Of a stretch of 64,000 bases of DNA, positions 8,645 through 17,400 are shown piece by piece (within the stretch, counting starts at the first letter, position 1; each line of letters starts with the position of its first letter). The notes beneath the pieces are model-generated. The model saw only the letters and a list, made by a program, of their open reading frames with translations, was not told the origin of the DNA and searched no databases. The DNA is taken from assembly GCA_964589825.1 (NCBI GenBank), contig CAZPUS010000010.1, positions 14,862-78,861 of the forward strand. Direction: 5' to 3'. Source of the stretch: an uncultured Fibrobacterota bacterium (GTDB taxonomy: Bacteria > Fibrobacterota > Chitinivibrionia > Chitinivibrionales > WJKA01). The position numbers were made by a program, and so were the translations under genes.

Positions 8645-9979
8645 GTGGCCTCTCCCGATGCATACATGCACAGCGAAGTTACTCATCTTCGCAACAGAAT
8701 ACACGGTAAAAGTGTTCCCGAAATTGTGGAATCGCTCGACTCCCTTGAAAAAGGCGACCGAATTATGCTCTTTCGCAGCCTGCCCAGAGATACCGCGGCC
8801 GATGTATTCGCACAACTCGATCCCGGAGACCAGGATAAGCTGCTGGATGAGCTCGGTGACCGTGTAACGCGTGAAATTCTCGAACGTCTCGAGCCGGATG
8901 AACGAACCGCACTTTTTGAAGAACTTCCCGCAGAGGTCACTACCCGGCTGATGGGGCTTCTTAACAAGGAGGATTTCAAAGAGACAATGTGGCTGCTGGG
9001 CTACCCGCAGGAAAGCATCGGCCGCCTTATGACACCCGACTATATTGCCGTAAAGCCCCACTGGAGTGTCGCACACGCTCTTTCTCATATCCGCCAGCAA
9101 GGTCGTGCCTACGGAGAGACAATCAGTCGTGTTTTCGTCACCGATACTGCCGGAAAACTACTCGATGATATAAAACTGCAGCGTTTTATCCTTGCAGAGC
9201 CCGATGCAACGGTTGAACAGATTATGGACTACTCTTTTGTATGCCTCTCCGCATTCGACGATCGAGAAGAAGCGGTGCGAATCATGAAGAAATACAATAT
9301 CGCATCGATCGCTATTCTCGATTCGCAGGGGATCCTCATTGGTATAGTTACTATAGATGACATGCTCGACGTCGCGGAGCAGGAAGTAACAGAAGACATC
9401 CATAAATCAGCATCTCTCTCTCCGCTGGAACGTCAATACAGCAGCACCGGTCCGTTGAACCTTTACAAAAAACGAATCGGGTGGCTAACAGGACTCGTAC
9501 TGATGAATACCATTTCAGCGGGTATTATTACCTACTTTGAACATCGCCTCAGTGCAACAATCGGACTCGTTGCCTTTATCCCCATACTACTGGGAACCGG
9601 CGGAAACGTCGGTGCCCAGTCCGCCACCCTTATCATCCGGGCACTCGTGACCCAGGATATCGAACCATCCGAATGGGTTCGTGCCCTTGTAAAGGAGTGT
9701 GTAGTCGGCCTGCTGCTGGGACTCTCTCTCGCGATCCTTATCTGGATAATCAGTCAGATAAAAACAGGAACCGGTATGCACGCGGTGGAACTGGGCGTCA
9801 CCGTCGCCTTCACCATGGTAGCTATCGTGGTCGTGGCAAACATCCTGGGAGTGGTATTCCCCTTTATCCTATCCAGCCTCCGTATCGATCCTGCTATTGC
9901 GAGTACCCCGCTTATTACCACGCTTGCCGACGCCACGGGCCTTATCATCTATTTCTCTGTGGCAAACGCGATTTTTTAG
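8645..9979 (+). CDS. mgtE: magnesium transporter MgtE
   Basis: 444 aa. It has an acidic MgtE_N region, two CBS-like modules and a C-terminal 5-TM domain with GTGGNVGAQS and PLITTLADATGLIIYF. The GTG start at 8645 is preceded by AAGGAG at 8634-8639. Confidence 0.9.
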   Translation: MASPDAYMHSEVTHLRNRIHGKSVPEIVESLDSLEKGDRIMLFRSLPRDTAADVFAQLDPGDQDKLLDELGDRVTREILERLEPDERTALFEELPAEVTTRLMGLLNKEDFKETMWLLGYPQESIGRLMTPDYIAVKPHWSVAHALSHIRQQGRAYGETISRVFVTDTAGKLLDDIKLQRFILAEPDATVEQIMDYSFVCLSAFDDREEAVRIMKKYNIASIAILDSQGILIGIVTIDDMLDVAEQEVTEDIHKSASLSPLERQYSSTGPLNLYKKRIGWLTGLVLMNTISAGIITYFEHRLSATIGLVAFIPILLGTGGNVGAQSATLIIRALVTQDIEPSEWVRALVKECVVGLLLGLSLAILIWIISQIKTGTGMHAVELGVTVAFTMVAIVVVANILGVVFPFILSSLRIDPAIASTPLITTLADATGLIIYFSVANAIF

Positions 9980-10040
9980 CTTTTTTTGTGTACCACCCCG
10001 ACGCGGCTGCGAATGTACCGGTTACATCGGTTGAACTTCG

Positions 10041-10913
10041 TTACCCTCCGAGTCGTATCCTACTGCCGAGTGTCACGGTAAAAAAATGGAGCCAGTTTTT
10101 CACATAGCCGTCTCCCGGACCGACATCATCGGTATTTGTCCCGACCGCGCCTCCTCCGAGATAACGCAGGGTCAGATTAAGAGAGCCTCTGCCATCCATT
10201 ACCCCGACACCGGTACGCACCGCAGCATCGAGAATCGCACCAACCACCTCCTCATCGCTGCCGTTGAGATAACTTACGGGCGCGTAAAAGCCATCCGCCT
10301 CGGCCCCGCAATAGAATCCATTGTCGAAATGATGACGTGCATGAAACTTCAGCACCGGAACCGGTCCGATATCTCTGTTGTCCCGGTAGCGTGTGCCGTC
10401 AAGCGATTCGAATACGATGCGGGCGTTGCGAATCTGCAACGAAATACCGGCCCCCAGCATAGTCGCCTTTGATCGACTGAAATCATACATCCAGCTCACC
10501 CGGTAAAAAGGAAATGCATAGACAAAACGCATTGGAGTGCCCGGTTCAAACACCTGCCTGTCTACTACGAGAGAATCCCGCACCGAGGCAGTTGTCTCAA
10601 GCTTCAGCGGCTGATACAGCAACACAAAGATATGTCGCGTCCCCACTCTCATGTCCATACCGAATCGGGAAAATGCAAAGAGGATATCCTGACCACCACT
10701 TTTTCGATAGTCGAAGTATGTCCCTTTTTTATCAAACTGTATGCGGTGATCAATTACTCCCAGAAATCCCTGCTCCATGGAAAGCTGCACCGAAGAAACA
10801 GGATCCGGTGAACCAGAAGCGAACGTATTCGATATACCGATACAGATGAAACCCAGAACAGCAGCAACGCGCCAATGTCGTAGTGCGACACTAAAAAATC
10901 TACTGCACTTCAT
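10041..10913 (-). CDS. hypothetical exported protein (beta-rich, outer-membrane-like)
   Basis: 290 aa with signal-like MKCSRFFSVALRHWRVAAVLGFICIGISNTFASG. It is rich in Gly/Tyr/Phe/Arg. No family recognised. Confidence 0.5.
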   Translation of the reverse strand: MKCSRFFSVALRHWRVAAVLGFICIGISNTFASGSPDPVSSVQLSMEQGFLGVIDHRIQFDKKGTYFDYRKSGGQDILFAFSRFGMDMRVGTRHIFVLLYQPLKLETTASVRDSLVVDRQVFEPGTPMRFVYAFPFYRVSWMYDFSRSKATMLGAGISLQIRNARIVFESLDGTRYRDNRDIGPVPVLKFHARHHFDNGFYCGAEADGFYAPVSYLNGSDEEVVGAILDAAVRTGVGVMDGRGSLNLTLRYLGGGAVGTNTDDVGPGDGYVKNWLHFFTVTLGSRIRLGG

Positions 10914-10935
10914 AATAGTCCCCCGCTTTCTTTAC

Positions 10936-11096
10936 CCTGAATTGAACGATTGTTTTAATGAAAGCTACGGTGAACCGTGCATGCTTTCGTGCTCTCGAAA
11001 ATTGCGGGGCAACCTTATTTGTTGGCTCTTGGTTTTCAAGAATGCAAGAGTTGTGCCGATGGCAGCAGCTTCACAAACAGAATTGCTCGATTCAGG
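10936..11096 (+). repeat. inverted-repeat-bounded conserved noncoding element, copy A (161 nt)
   Basis: The terminal inverted repeat is CCTGAATTGAACGATT (10936-10951) / AATTGCTCGATTCAGG (11081-11096). Internal blocks shared with copies B, C and D are TTGTTTTAATGAAAGCT, CTCGAAAA...TTTTCAAG and GATGGCAGCAGCTTC. It is flanked by TTTAC on both sides. Intergenic. Confidence 0.8.
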
Positions 11097-11376
11097 TTTA
11101 CGTAACACGTTTAATAATCGTGATCCATAGAAATTAAAGAGAAATAACATGAAACCGGTTCATGCTGTCATTATTTGAGGGTACGCGTTTTCAGGGTGTG
11201 ATAATCCGGACTCCATCACTGCCCGGTCATCTCTGATCCGGAAAACGAAGAAGAGGCACTCCCGGAATGGTGCTGTGGTATGAAAACCCGGCGTTATCCC
11301 GTGCGGATATTACGTGTTGAAAAAAACTGCAACCGTCTGTCCTTTACGCCTTCTGTACCATGCCTGTTCCTGCGCA

Positions 11377-12138
11377 TCAGCGTCTGCCATATCGTCCGTA
11401 GGATATGTTTCTGTCGGTTGTATTGGCATTCTGTTCTTTCTGAGCCTCTCCCGAAGCTGCTGCGGGTATGCCCTGAGAGGCATTTGCGGAGGATTTTTCG
11501 ACAGATGTGTGAGATTGCTGTCTGGATTCGTTCTGTGAAGACGCAGACGAATTATGCCCGGGAGACAGAGACGCGCCCGGTCCCTGCGATGATGAGGTGG
11601 TAGCATCTTTTGCGGTCTCAGACGGCTTGGACGCCGCGGTCTTTGCAAAAGGGGCTCGCTTTTTCTGAGTACCGTAGCTCTGTCCGGTCTTGGATTGACC
11701 AGACTCGCTCCGGTTACGCATGGCGTTCGAATCTCCATTGCGGGAGGATTCTTGGCCTCGATCCTTTTTTGAAGGACCCTTGTCTGAGGGTTGCCCGTTA
11801 TTATTCGACGAAAACTGTTTTTTATTATTAAACTGTCTCTTTGCATGAGTACTTTTTTTCTTCGGTTTTGGCCCCCTTTGCATGTCCTTGCGAGCTTTCT
11901 TTTGAGTCTGCTCCATACTTTTCAGTTTCTTATTCACATCCTTCAGATTCTGTTCCACTTCACTCGATGCTGGCTTTCTGCTGTTTTTTCTGTCAGGCTG
12001 ATACCTTTTGGAAGTGTGATAAGAACTGCGTGAAGACCCATATGTCTCTATTTTTTTCGCGGTACGAAGCGCCAGAATAAGCGTGACGGTCTGAACACAC
12101 AAAATTATTGTCAATAATGCAATTACTGCTGAAATCAT
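11377..12138 (-). CDS. hypothetical single-pass membrane protein with long Lys/Ser/Gln/Asn-rich disordered tail
   Basis: 253-aa ORF. An N-terminal TM helix (MISAVIALLTIILCVQTVTLILAL) is followed by low-complexity sequence. A second frame on the same strand is also open (11310..11846), so the coding call is tentative. Confidence 0.45.
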   Translation of the reverse strand: MISAVIALLTIILCVQTVTLILALRTAKKIETYGSSRSSYHTSKRYQPDRKNSRKPASSEVEQNLKDVNKKLKSMEQTQKKARKDMQRGPKPKKKSTHAKRQFNNKKQFSSNNNGQPSDKGPSKKDRGQESSRNGDSNAMRNRSESGQSKTGQSYGTQKKRAPFAKTAASKPSETAKDATTSSSQGPGASLSPGHNSSASSQNESRQQSHTSVEKSSANASQGIPAAASGEAQKEQNANTTDRNISYGRYGRR

Positions 12139-12465
12139 AGTCTATACTCCGTTTAGTTAACATTACCAGCTTTATAAGAGAAACCGTATCCCACCGCTGG
12201 GCACGATACCTAAAACCGGTACTTGAAAAATGACCGGGTGACGTGCATTGGGTTAACTACCGGGGAGTTTTCATTGGTCCGTAATGCTTTGTACCGGGCA
12301 GCAGATCTGTTTAAATACGCACTAACATGCAAGGGTCACAAGCGTAGTGCACCCTGCGTGTTACATCCGGCACATTACGAATACCACGAAGTGCCTCTTC
12401 ATCTGTAAATTACCGTCTTTTCAAAGAGCGTATATACGAAAAATACATTCTAGAAAATATCCATG

Positions 12466-12627
12466 CATGAATGCAACGGTTGATTTTATGAAAGCTGCGA
12501 TGAGCCGTGCTGCTATTGTGTTCTTAAAAAGTGTAAGACAACCTTGCTGGTTGTCTCAATGATTTTCGAGAATATGCACGTAGTACGGATGACAACAAAT
12601 TTCGCACACAAATCCGCTCAATTCGGG
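12466..12627 (+). repeat. inverted-repeat-bounded conserved noncoding element, copy B (162 nt)
   Basis: CATGAATGCAACGGTTGATTTTATGAAAGCTGCGATGAGCCGTG...GACAACCTTGCTGGTTGTC...TTTTCGAGAAT...CCGCTCAATTCGGG. By hand alignment it is about 80 percent identical to copy C over a 97-nt core. Intergenic. Confidence 0.8.
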
Positions 12628-12710
12628 TCATAGTATCATAACGATAGCTACACGCAGCGACAGGCACCCGATACCCTAACGCGACCTTCCGCCATGCGGG
12701 CCAGGCAGTA

Positions 12711-12944
12711 TTATTGCGAATCTTCTCCTTTGTCCGAATCAGTCTCCTCAGGCCTGGAAAATCCTGCTTCACCCGCGTTTTCATACTCCTCTTTTTTCTG
12801 CACCAGTTGCGTTACCAGCGCCTGTATTGCCGTGCTTTTTTTTTGCAGTATACTTATTCTGCTCCATATAAAGACCAGAATAACGGTAAAGAATACCATA
12901 TTGACCAGCCAGGCGATTTTCACATAAGCGACAGAACTTTCCAT
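12711..12944 (-). CDS. small membrane protein (one TM helix, short coiled coil, acidic tail)
   Basis: 77 aa with TM helix IAWLVNMVFFTVILVFIW followed by ILQKKSTAIQALVTQLVQKKEEYEN. The layout resembles FtsB/FtsL, but no family can be asserted. Confidence 0.4.
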   Translation of the reverse strand: MESSVAYVKIAWLVNMVFFTVILVFIWSRISILQKKSTAIQALVTQLVQKKEEYENAGEAGFSRPEETDSDKGEDSQ

Positions 12945-13233
12945 GTGTTAAGGTCCACGGTAACGATATTGTAAGAATAAATAGAGACGTACGAACGAAA
13001 TAATCATATAAGGCACATATAATACCGGCGTATGCATACAATATAGTTAGCGTACCGCAGCGTATACAAATCGGGGGAATCGAGATTATGTATTTTTTTC
13101 GCATCTTAGTAGACGCGCGGTGTGCGCATACCTGTTTTTTCCGGGATCTGCATAACAAAACAAAACCGCAAGCTTCCCCTTATACTTAGAGCCATACGAA
13201 TATATATGGCATTACAAAGGAGCCCTGGCAACA

Positions 13234-14439
13234 ATGCATACACTTTTTTTTGAATGCAGCAGCGGTGCAAGCGGAGACATGATACTCTCCGCACTTTTCG
13301 ACATGGGGGTTCCGGCACCCCGGATTGGGGAACAGTTACACAGACTCCCCGTTGGAGAATTCAGTATCGAAGTAAAACCTACATATCGCAACGGTATCCG
13401 CTGCAGCAGTCTCCATATCGAATATACCGCGAACCAGCCCTTTCGACATCTGCATACCATTACCGAGTCTATTCACAACGCCGGCTACAGCAGCTGGGTA
13501 ACAGAAAACAGCATCGCGGTATTGCGCCGGATTGCAGAGGCTGAAGCACATGTACACGGTGAACCGATTGAAAAAATCCATTTTCACGAAATCGGGGCGC
13601 TGGACACCATTATCGATATAGTGGGAACGTGCCTGTGCCTGGAGTATCTGGGCTGCCCTGATATTCTGTTTTCCACACTGACCACAGGACACGGAACTAT
13701 AAAGACGGCACACGGTACTATCCCCGTACCCGCTCCCGCCACAGTAGAAATCGCCCGTGGGTTTTGCATGAAACGCCTTGATGTTGAAGACGAACTACTC
13801 ACTCCAACAGGATGTGCGCTTTTAACCACGCTGGGGACACAGAGTGAAACCACGAGTACGGCACTGATGCGTACGTTTGGCTACGGATGCGGTACAAAAC
13901 AGTTTCCGCATCATCCAAATGTACTGCGCGTTATCGAGTTGCAGGAGAGCGCCGGCCACACACAAAGTGGTGGACTGCAGCGTGTGTGTATGCTCGAAAC
14001 GGATATCGATCATATCTCGGGTGAAGATATGGGCTTCGCGACACGGATGTGTCGTGAAAACGGTGCTCTCGATGTTGTCTGGTCTCCGATCTATATGAAA
14101 AAAGGACGACCCGGTTATCGACTTTGTGTTCTCTGTGCGCCGCATCTGGCCCGATCCCTTACCGAGACCATCATTGCGCATACGCACACACTGGGGGTCC
14201 GTCAACACGATTTGGCGCGCCGATGCGCCGAGCGAGAACCCGGCACTGCCGTCTTTCCCGCGCAGAGTATGTTCCCAAATGAAAAAGTTGCCACAAAAAG
14301 CTGCCGATACCACAATATTCATTTTTCCAAACCCGAATACGAATCGCTCGCCGAGATCGCGAAAAAGTATTCAGTACCTCTTGCACAGGTACGGTCTGCA
14401 TTCAACGAGTCATGCGCCGACATGGATTTTCATAAATAA
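13234..14439 (+). CDS. larC: nickel-pincer cofactor biosynthesis protein LarC (DUF111 family)
   Basis: 401 aa. The N-terminus FFECSSGASGDMILSALFDMG matches the LarC SGxSGDM signature, and HFHEIGALDTIIDIVG is present. AAAGGAG lies 10 nt upstream of ATG 13234. Confidence 0.8.
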   Translation: MHTLFFECSSGASGDMILSALFDMGVPAPRIGEQLHRLPVGEFSIEVKPTYRNGIRCSSLHIEYTANQPFRHLHTITESIHNAGYSSWVTENSIAVLRRIAEAEAHVHGEPIEKIHFHEIGALDTIIDIVGTCLCLEYLGCPDILFSTLTTGHGTIKTAHGTIPVPAPATVEIARGFCMKRLDVEDELLTPTGCALLTTLGTQSETTSTALMRTFGYGCGTKQFPHHPNVLRVIELQESAGHTQSGGLQRVCMLETDIDHISGEDMGFATRMCRENGALDVVWSPIYMKKGRPGYRLCVLCAPHLARSLTETIIAHTHTLGVRQHDLARRCAEREPGTAVFPAQSMFPNEKVATKSCRYHNIHFSKPEYESLAEIAKKYSVPLAQVRSAFNESCADMDFHK

Positions 14440-14446
14440 GGATACC

Positions 14447-17400
14447 ATGCAGATGCACCATGTATCTATCACAACATGCCTGATCGCACTGTGTCTCACC
14501 CTGTTGAGTTTTCAATCCGAATCTCTCGCGGGCTTCACGATTGTCCAAAAGGAGCAACACCGGATAGTCATGCAGTGGCATCTGGACAGGTACACGGTCG
14601 ACACCGCTTCTCACGGCGCAACGGCACACTCTTTTATACAGACATCTGATTGTGATATCCTCATGCAAACCAGCAACGGTACAGTGCTCCCGGCTCGAAG
14701 TATTGCGCTCGGTATCGCAGATGAGGGTGCCCTTCGAATCTCACTTCGAGCGGACCGAATTCATACCAGAACGCTAAAGTACCCACCGGAGCGCACCCAG
14801 GATGCGGAAACCGGTCACACGAGCGAGTCGGTAGAAGAAGCCGGTCGCGCCATCGCCTCAGGCTCGTCACAATGGCACAGCGGAATTGAATACAGTCGTA
14901 TTCGCGGACAACGCATCGCCAAATTCGCGCTTCAGCCGTTTCGCCATCTCCCCGGCACACAACGGCTTATGGTACTGAAACATGCGACCGTAACAATTAC
15001 TCTGCCACGGGCCGCTTCCCGGACACCGGGCAATGCCACTCGCTACCCTGCATCCGTCGAACGTCTTTTAAAGGGACTGCTGCTCAACTATACCGAGGCC
15101 CGACAATGGCGCAACGATCCTGCACCATCACTTGCCAAACGGACGGCACGCCACTCTCTGCCGGTTAAGGATATGATCACTTTTACTGTCGGCGACGGTA
15201 ATTCAGGCTATCGCGAAACCACGACCGAAGAAAACGGCATCTATAAATTCGACCACGCATTTATCCGCTCCTTCTACCCCGACAATGTGGTCCACATGGA
15301 TCGTGTCGCTTTATATGCCGCGCGCAGAGGCGAAATGGACAGGCACGCTCCCGCCCCCGACAGCATCCCTTCTCACAGTATACAGATCCCGTTGTATCCG
15401 TACGATGCGGACGGCGACAACATTCTTGACACCGAGGACTTTTTTCTGGCATATTGTTCCGGTGCATCGGGGTGGTACTACAACGAATCGGACTCTGTTT
15501 TTATGTTTGAGCTCGACCGTTACAATAACGCCCGTACTTACTGGCTCGGTATCGACATTAGCTCCGATCCGGCACGGATTCGCACCAAATCGGCACTTGA
15601 TCCTTTTACCGGTGCCCGTACCGTCAGCTCCACCCCGCATTATACAATGCTGAAAAAGAGTGTTTCACTGCCAAGCCGCCGGTCATTTGGAAGCGTGGAC
15701 CGAATCTGGCAATCGATTTCACAAAATGCTACTATGAACATTACGCTTCCCGATATCACTGAAGAAGCAGAAGGAGAGGTGTTTTTATATCCTGATGCAT
15801 CACATTTCAATATCAGCGCTATGTATGGCGCAGATACCCTTTCTACGATATCCACTTTAATGCGACCTCCACCGGTTTCATCTCCTGTTTCACCAACCGA
15901 ATGGTTTCGCATTCCCTTCCTTATGAACGATATCAACACCTTGCGGCTTAGAAACCAAAGCGGTAATCCGGCTGAAGTCTATTCGGTTACACTGCAATAT
16001 AATCGCACGCTGACGATGAAAAGCGACACACAATTCTCTTTTTTCTCAGTACCCGAATCACGCATTGTCAGGTACAGCCTCGACATATCCGGCCACGACG
16101 TGGATTCGCTTCTTCTCTTTAAAATCGATAACTCTCAACAGCACACTACACTATTGGACAGCTCCTCGCTGCAGTATACAGAATCAACAGTAAGCTGGTA
16201 TGACAGCGGTGGTCAAGGCATTCGCTATATCGCGCTTAAAAAAGGAGCCTGTCGCACCCCACGTGCCGGGACCCATATCGCCCGCCTGCAGGACAGCACC
16301 CTTGCTGTATCACACGATGAATATATCATCCGCAACCTTCGCACGAACACCCACCAGAGCGATTACTGTATCATAACCCATCGTCGCTTTCTTTCTGCAG
16401 CGACCAGACTCGCACATCATAAAAAAACATCGGCTAAATTCTCAAACCCTTGTGTTGTCATGACGGGGGACATCTATCGCCAATTCTCCGGCGGTAATAT
16501 CTATCCCGCTGCGATACGAAATTTTCTCTCATGGGCGGTGCATCACTGGGCTGTACAACCCGAGTACGTGCTTTTATTGGGAAACGGCAATTACGATCCA
16601 AAACAGACCATGTCAAATGAAAAGACCTTCATACCAGCATATCACTATCATGGAAGATGCAGTGACAATTTTTTCGCATGTGTCAACAAGGGTGAAACCC
16701 ACAACAGCTCACCCGATCTTTTTCTGGGCCGTATTACATGTAGCAACGCCGAAGAGGCGATGAATGCCGTCAATAAAATAACTCAGCTGGAAAACCCCGA
16801 TTCTCTTCAAACTGTATCTGCACAGGCTTGGAGGAACAATGCGCTCCTGGTTGCTGACGATGATATGCAGAGTACCAGCATTGATCACACGTCCCCTGCG
16901 CATTATCTAAGCTCAGAACGACTTGGTCAACAGTTTTACAAACAGCATCCCTGGATTAATCTCAGCAAGGCCTATCTGTTCGAATATCCATGGAATGACA
17001 TAATGGAAAAGCCGGATGCCGGACAGGCTATTATTAATGCCTTTAACAGAGGCGTTGCATATGTCAACTATTTCGGGCACGGTGGTCCGACTATGTGGTC
17101 CGATGAACACGTGCTGACCACCCTTGATCTCAATAGACTCAACAACAAAGGGAAATATCCGCTTGTGACATCATTTTCATGCAAGGTCGGATTGTTTGAT
17201 AAACCTGACCACGAATCCCTTACCGGCGCACTTGTTAACCTGGCGGATGCGGGGGCGGGAGTGGGAATTGCCTCGGCCCGTGATGCCTATGCAAGCTCCA
17301 ATGAAGATCTCAGTCTCCTTTTTTATTCCGCACTTTTCGACACCTCAGGCAACTATAGTGCTGGTGCGGCATACAGCCATGCAGTTGAAAAGAAAATATC

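Noticed and set aside
12781-13158. 125-aa minus-strand ORF overlapping the 77-aa small membrane protein ORF
   Set aside because: It has Cys/Arg/Lys-rich irregular composition and no motifs. The 77-aa ORF has a cleaner TM-plus-coiled-coil layout, although neither ORF is certain.
14126-14446. 5' extension of the C25 peptidase ORF (the track ORF starts at 14126)
   Set aside because: The extension overlaps the last 314 nt of larC in another frame and encodes Arg/Pro-rich junk. A clean signal peptide begins at ATG 14447, 7 nt after the larC stop.
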